Shown one piece after another: positions 53,642 through 63,313 of a stretch of 64,000 nucleotides of DNA. Each line of letters starts with the position of its first letter. Position 1 is the stretch's first letter. The position numbers and the translations under genes are program-made. Source of the DNA: an uncultured Clostridia bacterium (GTDB lineage Bacteria; Bacillota; Clostridia; Christensenellales; Aristaeellaceae); contig CANRLC010000004.1 of assembly GCA_947631405.1 (NCBI GenBank), positions 21,635 through 85,634 of the forward strand, given 5' to 3'. A model generated the notes under the pieces. The model did not search any database, was not told the DNA's origin, and worked only from the letters and a program-made list of their open reading frames with translations.

Positions 53642-54991
53642 TTATGACCTTGATAGGATCGCCTCCTCCATGTCCTCCTGTCCGCGCGCCGCGATGCCGT
53701 GCAGGATGCCGATCATCGCCAGACAGGAGATCAGCGACGAGCCGCCGTAGCTCATGAACGGCATGGTCACGCCCGTCAGCGGGATCATCTTGATGACGCC
53801 GCCGACGATCATGAACGTCTGGATGCCCAGCATCGCCAGCACGCCGCAGCCGAGCAGCATTTCAAAGGAGCGGCGCGAGCGGCCGATCAGCGACGCGCCG
53901 CGCGCGATGAGCAGCAGATACGTCACGAGCACCAGCAGGCCGAACACCAGCCCCATCTGCTCGCAGAGGACGGCGAAGATAAAGTCGTTGTCATAGGCGG
54001 GAATCTGGCTGGGCGTGCCCTGCCCCAGCCCCACGCCGAACAGCCCGCCGGAGCCGATCGCCAGCAGCGCCTGAATGATCTGGTAGCCGCCGCCCAGCGG
54101 GTCGCTCCACGGGTTGCGCCACATCGCCACGCGCACCTTGACGTGCGCGAACATCCGGTAGCCCATCATCGCCGCGGCCGCGCCGCCGCACAGGCCGAGC
54201 GCCGTCAGCGGCACGTTGCCGCAGGCGACGTAGAACATGACCAGCGTCGTCAGGTAGTAGATGAGCGCGGTGCCCAGATCGCGCTGGAGCATGAGCAGCG
54301 CAAGGCACGCCGCCGAAAAGAGGATGGCCGGGAGCATCTGCGGCACGGTGCGGTGCGCGCTGAAGTAATACGCCAGAGAGAGCACGACGCTCAGCTTGAC
54401 GAACTCGCTGGGCTGGAACGAGCCGACGAGCGGCAGCGACACCCAGTTCTTCGCGCCGTAGCGCCAGTCGCCGAAGGCCAGCGGCAGGATGAGCGCCGCG
54501 ATGCCCAGCGCCATCGACAGCAGCGTGAGGCCCTTGTAGCGGCGCACGCGGCTGACGATGCCGCTCATCGCCAGCATCACCGCCAGCCCGGCGACGTAGA
54601 AGATCGCCTGCCGCAGCCCGCGCTCGGTGGAGACGGTGTACAGCACCACGATGCTCACGCCGCACAGGAAGTTCGTCAGCGCCATGAGCAGCGCGTCCAT
54701 CGGCAGCGCGCGCGGCAGGATCAGCGTGGTGAAAAGGCCCAGCGGGGCGATCAGCGCCAGCACCGAGAGCGCCTGCGCGTCCACCGCGCCCGGCTCGCGC
54801 ACGCACGCCAGCAGCAGGCCCATCGCCTCGAAGGCGAAGGTGAGCAGCGCGATGGCCGTCACGCGGAAGCCGCCCGCGCGGCTGATCGCGCGCCGCCTGT
54901 CCCGCGCCTCGGCCTGCGCGCGGGAATCGCCGCGCCGCCCTCTTGCGCCGGAGGCGGGGCGTGCCGTGTAGGTTTTTGCCTTTGCCGGCAT
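53642..54991 (-). CDS. SEDS-family peptidoglycan polymerase (FtsW/RodA/SpoVE)
   Basis: The polytopic protein has conserved SEDS motifs (NWVSLPLVGSFQPSEFVK, PLTGVTMPFMSYGGSS). Confidence 0.88.
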   Translation of the reverse strand: MPAKAKTYTARPASGARGRRGDSRAQAEARDRRRAISRAGGFRVTAIALLTFAFEAMGLLLACVREPGAVDAQALSVLALIAPLGLFTTLILPRALPMDALLMALTNFLCGVSIVVLYTVSTERGLRQAIFYVAGLAVMLAMSGIVSRVRRYKGLTLLSMALGIAALILPLAFGDWRYGAKNWVSLPLVGSFQPSEFVKLSVVLSLAYYFSAHRTVPQMLPAILFSAACLALLMLQRDLGTALIYYLTTLVMFYVACGNVPLTALGLCGGAAAAMMGYRMFAHVKVRVAMWRNPWSDPLGGGYQIIQALLAIGSGGLFGVGLGQGTPSQIPAYDNDFIFAVLCEQMGLVFGLLVLVTYLLLIARGASLIGRSRRSFEMLLGCGVLAMLGIQTFMIVGGVIKMIPLTGVTMPFMSYGGSSLISCLAMIGILHGIAARGQEDMEEAILSRS

Positions 54992-54995
54992 GCCG

Positions 54996-55808
54996 TCACC
55001 TCCGCTTGTCGCTCGTCTTCGCCGCGCCGGATCGCTTGGACGCGGCGGCCGTCTCGGCCTTCGCGCGGCCCTCGCCGCCCGGCTTGGTCGCCTTATCCGG
55101 CTGTTTCTTCCTGCCTGTCTTTTCCGTCTTGTTTGTCTTTTCCATCTTGGCCGCGGCGGGCTTTTTTGCGCCCGGCTTGGCGGCGCGCGCCCTGTAGACC
55201 GGGCGCGCCTCGTCCTCGTCCTGCGCGCTCCTGCGGCGCTCGCGGCGGGTCGCCGCCTTGCGCGGCGCGCCGAGGCCCTCGCCCGCGCCCTGCTGCGCGC
55301 GGGAGCGGCGCGCGCGGGTCACATACGGCTGCTCCGGCGTCTCGCCGCGCAGCGCCGCCGCCCGGCTGACGCGCCACGCGAGCCGGATGCCGCCCACGCA
55401 GAGCACCGCGCCGTCGTGCAGCACGGCCTCGTCGCCCGGCTCCACGGGCACGTCGTCCACCATGAAGCCGTCGCGGTGCAGCGCGACCATGTGCAGCGCG
55501 TCGCCCTCCATCCAGAAGAAGGCGCTGCGCAGGTGGACGCGCCGGGCCGGGATGCGCACGTCGCAGCTCATCGCCGCGCCGAGCGTGCCCTCGTAGGGGA
55601 CGGGGATGTCCAGCCCGGCGGCGAGCTTGCGGCCCTTCGCGCTCATCACGCGCAGCACGCCCGCCTGCGGTAGCCCGCGCCGAACGCGCCGCCACAGCCG
55701 CGCGTCGGACGTCTGCTTGCGCGCGGAGAGCAGCACGATGGCCGCCGCGATCGCCGCCGCGACGTATCCAAAGCCGTAGGACAGTACCCGATACCACGCT
55801 CCGGTCAC
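54996..55808 (-). CDS. FHA-domain membrane-anchored protein with a lysine/alanine-rich tail
   Basis: It has an N-terminal TM helix, then an FHA-like core (TLGAAMSCDVRIPARRVHLRSAFFWMEGDALHMVAL...MVDDVPVEPGDEAVLHDGAVLCVGG). Confidence 0.55.
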   Translation of the reverse strand: MTGAWYRVLSYGFGYVAAAIAAAIVLLSARKQTSDARLWRRVRRGLPQAGVLRVMSAKGRKLAAGLDIPVPYEGTLGAAMSCDVRIPARRVHLRSAFFWMEGDALHMVALHRDGFMVDDVPVEPGDEAVLHDGAVLCVGGIRLAWRVSRAAALRGETPEQPYVTRARRSRAQQGAGEGLGAPRKAATRRERRRSAQDEDEARPVYRARAAKPGAKKPAAAKMEKTNKTEKTGRKKQPDKATKPGGEGRAKAETAAASKRSGAAKTSDKRR

Positions 55809-56166
55809 GATGCTCCCCCTCGCGCCCGCCGCGAGACCGGCGGGCCTTCCTCTCCCGCCGATTATACCATAAAAACGGAGCGGCGCGGGAAAATCATCCC
55901 CGAAAAGTGGATTTTTCCACTAAAATTCCAAAATCTGCGCACCAAACCCCATCCGCCGCCCGCGCGGGCGCGCAAAAAAGCGGGCGTGCGCGGGGCGGCG
56001 GCTTTGCCCTGCCGCCCGGTTCGCGCGCGCGCCCTCTCCGCTTTTGCGCCTTTCGCGCGGCGCCGCTCTTTTTCGATCGCGTTCGACGGGGGTTGCCAAA
56101 CGCCGCGCATCTGTGTATAATAGATGAACCAACACAGAGGCCGCGCGGCGGAAGGAGATGACGGAC

Positions 56167-57438
56167 ATGGCGATCGAAGAACGGCTGCTCATCACGGGCG
56201 GGCATCCCCTCGAGGGCGACGTGTACGTCAGCGGCGGCAAGAACACCGCCGCCGCGATCATCCCCGCGACCATCCTCAGCCAGACGCCGTGCGTGATCGA
56301 AAACCTGCCCGACATCGAGGATCTGCGCGTCTCCGCGCAGATGCTGCGCCACCTCGGCGCGAAGGTCAACTGGATCCCCGAGCAGGGCGTGATGGAGGTG
56401 GACGCGAGCAGCATCGACCGCACCGACGTCCCGCTCGACCTGTGCCGCCGCATGCGCGCCTCCTCCTATTACATCGGCGCGCTGCTCGCGCGCTTTGGCA
56501 GCGCGCAGGTGCCCATGCCCGGCGGCTGCGACATCGGCCAGCGGCCCATCGACCAGCACATCAAGGGCATGCGCGCGCTCGGCGCGCAGGTGGAGACGCG
56601 CCGCGGCATCGTCTACGCGACGGCGGAGCCGCTCGTCGGCGGCGACGTGTTTCTGGACATCGCGACCGTCGGCGGCACGATCAACGTGATGCTCGCCGCG
56701 TCGCGCGCGCAGGGCAACACCACCATCTACAACGCGGCGAAGGAGCCGCACATCGTCGATCTGGCGAACTTCCTCAACTCCATGGGCTGCCGCGTCAAGG
56801 GCGCGGGCACCGACGTCATCCGCGTGCGCGGCGTGCAGGATCTGCAAAGCCGCCGCCCCTACGCCGTCATCCCCGACCAGATCGAGACGGGCACGCTGAT
56901 GATCGCCGCCGCCGCCACCCACGGCGACGTCACCATCCACGGCTGCATCCCCACGCACATGGAGGCGCTCACCGCCAAGCTGCTGGAGATGGGCGCGCGC
57001 GTGGAGGAGCGCGACGACTCCATCCGCGTGCGCTCGCTGGGCGGCCATCGCGCCGTCTCCTTCAAGACGCAGGTCTACCCCGGCTTCCCCACCGATCTGC
57101 AGCAGCCGATGGGCGCGCTGCTGTGTACCGCCACAGGCACGTCCACGGTGGTGGAAAACATCTTCGAGTCCCGCTTCCGCTATCTGGCGGAGATCGAGCG
57201 CATGGGCGCGCGCGTGCGCGTCATTGAGCAGACCGCCATCATCGAGGGCGTGCCGCAGCTGCACGCCGCCGCCGTGGAGGCGTCCGATCTGCGCGCGGGC
57301 GCGGCGCTGGTCGTCGCGGCGCTGATGGCGCAGGGCACCACCGAGATCTCCAACGTCCACTTCATCGACCGCGGCTACGAGCATCTGGAGGCCAAGCTCG
57401 CCAGCCTCGGCGCCGAGATCACCCGCGCATGCGACTGA
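56167..57438 (+). CDS. murA: UDP-N-acetylglucosamine 1-carboxyvinyltransferase (paralogue 2, MurAB/MurZ-like)
   Basis: GGKNTAAAIIPA, MPGGCDIGQRPIDQHI and FPTDLQQPM are present. The start was placed at the ATG at 56167, 9 nt after GGAG; the ATG at 56158 abuts the RBS. Confidence 0.9.
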   Translation: MAIEERLLITGGHPLEGDVYVSGGKNTAAAIIPATILSQTPCVIENLPDIEDLRVSAQMLRHLGAKVNWIPEQGVMEVDASSIDRTDVPLDLCRRMRASSYYIGALLARFGSAQVPMPGGCDIGQRPIDQHIKGMRALGAQVETRRGIVYATAEPLVGGDVFLDIATVGGTINVMLAASRAQGNTTIYNAAKEPHIVDLANFLNSMGCRVKGAGTDVIRVRGVQDLQSRRPYAVIPDQIETGTLMIAAAATHGDVTIHGCIPTHMEALTAKLLEMGARVEERDDSIRVRSLGGHRAVSFKTQVYPGFPTDLQQPMGALLCTATGTSTVVENIFESRFRYLAEIERMGARVRVIEQTAIIEGVPQLHAAAVEASDLRAGAALVVAALMAQGTTEISNVHFIDRGYEHLEAKLASLGAEITRACD

Positions 57439-57654
57439 CGCGGCCCTTTCTTCCAGCAAAAATAGCCGCCGGGCGGCTTGAGAGGCGCAAAACGCGCGGC
57501 TTGTCAACGAAGCTTTTCCTCTCCCCTCCGGGGGAGAAAAAACATCCCTTATCGTTTCAATGATCGCTCAGTTTTTTCTCTTGTGGAACGCCGGGCATCG
57601 AAACGGACGCCGTTTTTTGCAGACTGGGAGGCGCAAAACGCGCTTCTTTTTTTC

Positions 57655-57683
57655 TTGTCATGGCATCGCTTCTATGCTATAAT
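57655..57683 (+). promoter_or_regulatory. Promoter for glgP
   Basis: TTGTCA (57655-57660), a 17-nt spacer and TATAAT (57678-57683) are present. Confidence 0.55.
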
Positions 57684-57784
57684 GAGTGTTGCGTGTGCAT
57701 GCGCACGCGGTCAGGATGCGCGCTCCCGCGATGGAGCTTTCGACGGCGGCCGTCTGCCGCCAGCCACGAGGAGGGTTTGACACG

Positions 57785-60250
57785 ATGCCTCTTGTCAGCG
57801 AATACACCAAGGACACCATCAAGGAGTCCATTCTCAACAAGCTGCTGCGCTATTACGGCTGCACCATCGAGGAGGCCACGCCCAAGCAGGTCTACGCCGC
57901 CGTCGCCGCGACCGTGCGCGACCAGATCATGCTCAAGTGGCGCTTTGAAAAGGAGGCGCGCCGCACCGAAAAGGCAAAGCGGCTGTACTACCTGTCCATC
58001 GAGTTTTTGACGGGCCGCTGGCTGCACAACAACCTGCTCAACCTCTGCTCCACCGCCGAGTACGAGCAGGCCTTTGCAGAGCTTGGCCTGACGCTTCGCG
58101 GCGTGCTGCACGAGGAGCCGGAACCCGCGCTGGGCAACGGCGGCCTCGGCCGCTTGGCCGCCTGCTTCCTCGATTCGCTCGCCACGCTCAACCTGCCGGC
58201 GATGGGCTGCACCATCCGCTACGAGTACGGCCTGTTCCGCCAGCGCATCGTGGACGGCCAGCAGGTCGAGGTGCCGGACGAGTGGCTCACCTACGGCAAC
58301 GCGTGGGAGATTCCCACGCAGCGCGACGCCGTCGTCATCCGCTTCGGCGGCCAGATGATGGAAAACTGGATGGGCGACAAGAACTACATCTCCCTGCAGA
58401 ACACCGAGGACATCATCGCCGTGCCGTATGATCTGCCGATCGTCGGCTACGGCAGCGACGTCGTCGACCGCCTGCGCATGTGGAGCGCCGTGCTGCCCAA
58501 GAACTTCAACCTTGAGAAGTTCTCCGCGGGCGATTACAACGGGGCCACGCAGGAATCCGACTCCCTCGCCGCGCAGATCTCGAAGGTGCTCTACCCCGAG
58601 GACAACACCTACAACGGCAAGAAGCTGCGCCTGATGCAGGAATACTTCCTCGTCAGCGCGACGCTGCAATACGCCATCAAGGACTTCAAGCGCATCTACG
58701 GCGCGAACATGGAGCTGCTGCCGCAGAAGGTCGCCTTCCACATCAACGACACGCACCCGGCGATGGTCATCCCCGAGCTGATGCGCATCCTCGTGGACGA
58801 GGAGCACCTGCCGTGGGAGCTGTCCGAGCGGCTGACCCGCGAGTGCGTCGCCTACACCAACCACACGATCATGGCCGAGGCGCTGGAAAAGTGGCCCGAG
58901 GACATGATGCGCGAGACGCTGCCGCGCATCTACTCCATCATGCAGGAGCTGAACCGCCGCCTGTGCCAGAAGCTCTTCGACCGCTTCCCCGGCGAGTGGG
59001 ACCGCATCGGCCACATGGCCATCCTCGCCTACGATCAGGCGCACATGGCCAACATGTGCATCGCCTGCTCCAGCGCGGTCAACGGCGTATCCCAGCTGCA
59101 CGGCGACATCCTCAAGCGCTCGACCTTCGCGGATTACTACAAGGTCATGCCCGAAAAGTTCACCGCGATCACCAACGGCATCACCCCGCGCCGCTGGCTG
59201 ATGCTCGCCAACCCGACCCTCTCCTCGCTGCTGGACGAGACCATCGGGCAGGGCTGGCGTCACGACGCGATGGAGCTGGAGAAGCTGCTGCCCTTCGCCG
59301 ACGACGCGGCGTTCGTGGAGAAATTCGCCAAGGTGAAGTACGAGAACAAGGCGCGCTTCTCCCGCTGGATCAACCGCCATCAGGGCATCGTGCTCGACCC
59401 GGACACGATGTTCGACGTACAGGTGAAGCGGCTGCACGAGTACAAGCGCCAGCTGCTCAACGCGCTGCACATCCTCGTGCTCTACAACCGCATCGACAGC
59501 GATCCCAGCTACACGATGGCCCCGCGCACGTTCATCTTCGGCGCGAAGGCCGCCCCGGGCTACCGCCGCGCGAAGGAGATCATCCACTTCATCAATGTGC
59601 TCGCGGCGAAGATCGCCGCGCACCCGCGCGCCAACCAGTTCATCAAGATCGCGTTCCTGCAGAACTACAACGTCTCCACCGCCGAGATGCTCATGCCCGC
59701 CAGCGAGGTGAGCGAGCAGCTCTCCACCGCCTCCAAGGAGGCCAGCGGCACCGGCAACATGAAGTTCATGATGAACGGCGCGGTCACCATCGGCACGCTC
59801 GACGGCGCGAACGTGGAGATCGCCGATCTGGTCGGCGAGAAGAACTGCTACATCTTCGGCATGCGCTCCAAGGAGGTCGAGGCGCTCTACGCCTCCGGCA
59901 CCTATCGCGCGCTGGACATCTACGAGAGCAACATCGAGCTGCGCCACGCGCTCGACATGCTCTTTGACGGCCGCCTCACGCCCGACAACCCGAAGATGTT
60001 CGAGAGCCTCTACCGCGCGCTCGTCTTCTCCGACAACGGCGGCATGGCCGATCCCTACCTCGTCCTCAAGGACTTCGGCTCCTATCAGGCGGCGCAGACC
60101 CGCCTCGGCGCGGACTATCTGGACGCCAAGGCGTGGACGCGCAAGGAGATCGTCAACGTGGCCAAGAGCGGCGTATTCTCCTCCGACCGCACGATCAGGG
60201 AGTATAACGAGAAGATCTGGCACCTCCAGCCGCTGGTTCGTAAGAAGTAA
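57785..60250 (+). CDS. glgP: Glycogen/maltodextrin phosphorylase
   Basis: GNGGLGRLAACFLDS and the pyridoxal-phosphate site EASGTGNMKFMMNGA are present. The start was placed at the ATG at 57785, after GGAGGG. Confidence 0.93.
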   Translation: MPLVSEYTKDTIKESILNKLLRYYGCTIEEATPKQVYAAVAATVRDQIMLKWRFEKEARRTEKAKRLYYLSIEFLTGRWLHNNLLNLCSTAEYEQAFAELGLTLRGVLHEEPEPALGNGGLGRLAACFLDSLATLNLPAMGCTIRYEYGLFRQRIVDGQQVEVPDEWLTYGNAWEIPTQRDAVVIRFGGQMMENWMGDKNYISLQNTEDIIAVPYDLPIVGYGSDVVDRLRMWSAVLPKNFNLEKFSAGDYNGATQESDSLAAQISKVLYPEDNTYNGKKLRLMQEYFLVSATLQYAIKDFKRIYGANMELLPQKVAFHINDTHPAMVIPELMRILVDEEHLPWELSERLTRECVAYTNHTIMAEALEKWPEDMMRETLPRIYSIMQELNRRLCQKLFDRFPGEWDRIGHMAILAYDQAHMANMCIACSSAVNGVSQLHGDILKRSTFADYYKVMPEKFTAITNGITPRRWLMLANPTLSSLLDETIGQGWRHDAMELEKLLPFADDAAFVEKFAKVKYENKARFSRWINRHQGIVLDPDTMFDVQVKRLHEYKRQLLNALHILVLYNRIDSDPSYTMAPRTFIFGAKAAPGYRRAKEIIHFINVLAAKIAAHPRANQFIKIAFLQNYNVSTAEMLMPASEVSEQLSTASKEASGTGNMKFMMNGAVTIGTLDGANVEIADLVGEKNCYIFGMRSKEVEALYASGTYRALDIYESNIELRHALDMLFDGRLTPDNPKMFESLYRALVFSDNGGMADPYLVLKDFGSYQAAQTRLGADYLDAKAWTRKEIVNVAKSGVFSSDRTIREYNEKIWHLQPLVRKK

Positions 60251-60329
60251 GGCTGGAAAAAAGAGACGACACACAACACGGGCCGGACGGCATGCGCCGT
60301 CCGGCCCGGCAGTCTATAACGCAACTGTT

Positions 60330-60476
60330 CATGAACAACCCGCCCGGGATCGCTTCGCTTCCGGGCTACCTTTTGCAATCGCTTCGCGATTGGGGTACGT
60401 TGGGGCTACCGCCCCAAACCCTGTCTGGGGACATTGTCCCCAGACCCCATCCTGTGCTTCTTTAACTGAAGAAGTC
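60330..60476 (+). repeat. REP-like repeat, subfamily 2
   Basis: CCCGGGATCGCTTCGCTTCCGGGC is followed by CGTTGGGGCTACCGCCCCAAACC and then CTGTCTGGGGACATTGTCCCCAGAC. It is the inverted partner of 50640-50790. Confidence 0.8.
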
Positions 60477-61379
60477 TCACTCCACCACGTCGAGATACCG
60501 GCTGGTGATATAGCCCGTAAATCCCTTTGCGGAGACGAGATACCAGCCCTCGTGCGTCTCGCCCAGCACCGTCACCGCGTCGTCCAGATGCAGCCGCGCG
60601 ATGACGTCGCCCTCCGGCGACTGGCGCACGTTGACGCTGCTGTTTGCGCGGATGCCCGTGACGGTTCCCGTCGGCTGCTCGGAGGCAACGGATCCGCGCG
60701 TCAGGTAGCGGGTCATGACGTAGCCCGCCTGCGCGCCGACGCGCACGCGCGTCCACGTTCCGCTCATGTCCGACAGGCACTTGACCGGCGTGCCGGTAAA
60801 GAACAGCCCCAGCGAGTCGGTGTTCGTGCCCGCGCCCGCGCGCAGGTGTACGCGGTCGGCGTTTCCCCCGTCGATGCGCGCCGTCTCATAGCCGCGGTCG
60901 GTGTCCAGCGACAGGTGCCGCGCGTGGATGTAGCCGCGCTCGCCGCCGCAGTCGATCAGGTACCAGCCCTCGTGCGTCTCGCCCAGCACCGTCGCGATCT
61001 CGCCGTGGCCGATCGTGCCGGAGCACTCCGCGCGGTCGTCCGGCCACGCGTGCAGGTTGAGCGCGTGCCCCGCGCTCACGACGGCCTGCGCCGTGGGTTG
61101 CTGCGGCGTGATCGCGCGCGTGGTCAGGTAGCGGGTCATGATGTAGCCCGTCTGCGCCTCGATGCGCACGCGCGTCCACTCGCCGCTCATGCCCGACAGG
61201 CACTCGACCCGCGTGCCCGTGAAGAACAGCCCCAGCGAATCGGTGTTCGTGCCCGCGCCCGCGCGCAGGTGTACCTTGGTGGAGTTGTGCCCGTCCACCG
61301 CCGCGATCTGCGCCAGCGCGCTCCCGGTACACAGCGCGAGCAGCAGCGCCAGAAGCAGCGTCGCGATCTTTCTCCTCAT
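60477..61379 (-). CDS. Secreted protein with four bacterial SH3-like domains arranged as an internal two-domain duplication
   Basis: The signal peptide is MRRKIATLLLALLLALCTGSALA. VHLRAGAGTNTDSLGLFFTGT.V.CLS.MSG.WTRVR..AQ.GY.MTRYLT occurs twice, and ...LGETHEGWYL......GYI..RYL also occurs twice. Confidence 0.7.
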   Translation of the reverse strand: MRRKIATLLLALLLALCTGSALAQIAAVDGHNSTKVHLRAGAGTNTDSLGLFFTGTRVECLSGMSGEWTRVRIEAQTGYIMTRYLTTRAITPQQPTAQAVVSAGHALNLHAWPDDRAECSGTIGHGEIATVLGETHEGWYLIDCGGERGYIHARHLSLDTDRGYETARIDGGNADRVHLRAGAGTNTDSLGLFFTGTPVKCLSDMSGTWTRVRVGAQAGYVMTRYLTRGSVASEQPTGTVTGIRANSSVNVRQSPEGDVIARLHLDDAVTVLGETHEGWYLVSAKGFTGYITSRYLDVVE

Positions 61380-61502
61380 TTTTGTTCCTCCCTTTCCCCG
61401 TTCGCGCGGATCGGATCGAATCGTGTTCAACATCTATGCACAGTATACCATAAGCAAGGGAAAAAGAAAACGCCCTCCGGCAGCTCAGCCGAAGGGCGAT
61501 CG

Positions 61503-62003
61503 TCACGCCTGCTCGATGCCCGTCACCGTTTGCGGCAGCTTGCGCAGCGCGCGCAGCAGCAGCGGCCCCAGCACATAGCAGGAGACCGCCTCGCCCGCCG
61601 CAACCGAGAGCATGCACAGCGGCAGCGGCACCGCCGGGGAATAGCAGAAATGCACCACCGCGCCGACGATCACGCCGTTGAAGAGCACGGGCATCGCCGC
61701 GGCGAGCGCGAAGCGCTTTTTGAAATAGCGGGTACACACCGCCGCGCCCAGCGTCGCCAGCGAGCCGAAGACGATGTCCGGCAGCGCGCCGCCGCCCAAG
61801 AGGTTGGAGAGCAGGCAGCCGACAAACAGCGCGGGCACGGCCTCGGGCATCAGCACGGGCAGCAGCGTCAGCGCCTCGGAGACGCGCACCTGCACTTCGC
61901 GGAAGCTGATGGGCAGAAACAGCAGCGTCAGCGCCGCGTAGGCGGCGGCGACGACGGCCGCGCGGGCGAGCGCGCGGGTCTTTTGGGAGGACGGGGTTTT
62001 CAT
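61503..62003 (-). CDS. queT: Queuosine-precursor transporter QueT (ECF-type S component)
   Basis: The start is MKTPSSQKTRALARAAVVAAAYAALT. The protein is a small polytopic protein of about 166 aa with the QueT-like motif FRE.QVRVSEAL. A preQ1-type aptamer lies upstream. Confidence 0.7.
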   Translation of the reverse strand: MKTPSSQKTRALARAAVVAAAYAALTLLFLPISFREVQVRVSEALTLLPVLMPEAVPALFVGCLLSNLLGGGALPDIVFGSLATLGAAVCTRYFKKRFALAAAMPVLFNGVIVGAVVHFCYSPAVPLPLCMLSVAAGEAVSCYVLGPLLLRALRKLPQTVTGIEQA

Positions 62004-62084
62004 GGACAACGCTCCTTCTTCGTTTGTTTCGCCGTACAAAACGAAGGCCGCGGCCCGCCGCCCTTCTTCCTTGCGAGGCGCGCA

Positions 62085-62109
62085 AAAAAGAAAAGCGGCA
62101 TAGGCCGCG
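62085..62109 (-). terminator. Expression-platform terminator of the queT leader
   Basis: On the minus strand, GCGGCCUAUGCCGC is followed by UUUUCUUUUUU. It lies between the aptamer and the queT start. Confidence 0.6.
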
Positions 62110-62130
62110 AGAAGGGCGTGCGCCCTTCGG

Positions 62131-62171
62131 CCCATAGTTTTGTTTAAGGACTGGATGGTTTCGAACAGTCC
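62131..62171 (-). promoter_or_regulatory. preQ1-I-type riboswitch aptamer
   Basis: The minus strand reads GGACUG-UUCGAAACCAUC-CAGUCC-UUAAACAAAACUAUGGG. P1 is GGACUG/CAGUCC, the A-rich tail is ACAAAACUA, and an H-type pseudoknot is possible between CCAU and AUGG. It resembles the Thermoanaerobacter preQ1-I aptamer CUGGGUCGCAGUAACCCCAGUUAACAAAACAAGG and sits upstream of queT. Confidence 0.6.
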
Positions 62172-62338
62172 ATGCGGTTGTCGCCGCCCATTATAGCAGA
62201 TTCCCGCGCGATGGACAAGACAAAAATTGCGCGCGGGGATTGACGCGCGAACACTTTTCGTGTACAGTGTAGATGTTTCATCCGTCCAGCGCGACAGGTG
62301 AACAGAATTTGACGACCAGCATCCTTCGGAGGGATCCT

Positions 62339-63274
62339 ATGACGCTGCTAGAATACCGCATCTTCCAGACCGTCACGCAGCAGGGCAGCTTCGCGCGCGC
62401 GGCTCAAATCTTGCACCTGACGCCCAGCGCGATCAGCCACGCCGTCAGCTCGATGGAGGAATCGTGCGGATTTTCGCTCTTCGTGCGCGGCAAGGGCGGC
62501 GTGACGCTCACGCGCAACGGCGAGGCGCTGCACCCGGTCATCTGCCGCATCCTCGCGGCGGACGAGGCGCTGGCGCAGACCATCGGCGAACTCAAGGGTG
62601 TGCAGCGCGGCACGGTGCGGCTGGGCGCGTTCAACAGCGTGTGCATGACGTGGGTGCCGCAGATCGTCAAGGCGTACCGCGAGCGCTTCCCCGGCGTGAG
62701 CGTCGAGATCCGGCAGGGGACGTACAGCGACGTGATCGAGTGGCTGAAGACCGGGGCCATCGACATCGGCTTTCTGTCCACCGCGTCCACACACGAGCTG
62801 GACGTGCTGCCCCTCTACCGCGACCGGCTCATGTGCGTGACGCCCAAGGGCTTCAAGACGCGCGAGCCGGGGCGCATCACGCCGGACGAGCTGCGCGCGC
62901 AGACCTTCGTCGTGCAGGCCGACGCGACCGACGCCGACGTACAGGCGTTCCTCTCCAAGTACGCGCTCTCGTCGGTGCGGGCGTCCTGCAGGGTGGTGGA
63001 CGACCTGTCCACCGTGGCGATGGTGGAGAGCGGGTTCGGCGTGTGCATCCTGCCCAGCCTCATCCTCGCGCGCGCGCAGGGCGACGTCGAGGCCTACCCC
63101 ATCGAGCCGCTCGAGGTGCGCGAGTTCGGCATCGCCTTCCCCAACCCGCAGATGCTCGCGCCCGCCGTGCGGCAGATGGCCGCGCAGATCGAGGCCTACG
63201 CGCGCGAGCGCCGCGCCGAGAATCCCGTCGCCAACGAGGGCTTCGCGCCCAGCGCGCGCTTTTCCGCCTCGTGA
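62339..63274 (+). CDS. LysR-family transcriptional regulator
   Basis: MTLLEYRIFQTVTQQGSFARAAQILHLTPSAISHAVSSMEE is a canonical LysR HTH. The start was placed at the ATG at 62339, after GGAGGG. Confidence 0.88.
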   Translation: MTLLEYRIFQTVTQQGSFARAAQILHLTPSAISHAVSSMEESCGFSLFVRGKGGVTLTRNGEALHPVICRILAADEALAQTIGELKGVQRGTVRLGAFNSVCMTWVPQIVKAYRERFPGVSVEIRQGTYSDVIEWLKTGAIDIGFLSTASTHELDVLPLYRDRLMCVTPKGFKTREPGRITPDELRAQTFVVQADATDADVQAFLSKYALSSVRASCRVVDDLSTVAMVESGFGVCILPSLILARAQGDVEAYPIEPLEVREFGIAFPNPQMLAPAVRQMAAQIEAYARERRAENPVANEGFAPSARFSAS

Positions 63275-63313
63275 CGCCGCGCACTCTCCCCCGCATTTGA
63301 AAGGAAGACGCAC

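Noticed and set aside
57677-60274. Very long antisense or alternative-frame ORFs in the ORF track. Examples are 57677-60274(-), 37769-39952(+), 55894-57507(-), 2260-3936(+), 136-1257(+), 11289-12881(-), 12797-14494(-), 41415-42881(+) and 53699-55369(+).
   Set aside because: Each lies opposite to, or out of frame with, a gene whose product is clearly recognisable (glgP, gpmI/tpiA, murA, methylase, AEC permease, glmS and others). Their translations are Arg/Ala/Gly/His-rich low-complexity strings, typical of stop-codon-poor shadow frames in high-GC DNA.
60700-61300. DNA-level direct repeat of about 180 bp inside 60477-61379 as a mobile or REP-type repeat
   Set aside because: It corresponds exactly to a duplicated SH3-SH3 domain pair within one continuous reading frame. 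This is an intragenic domain duplication, not an independent element.
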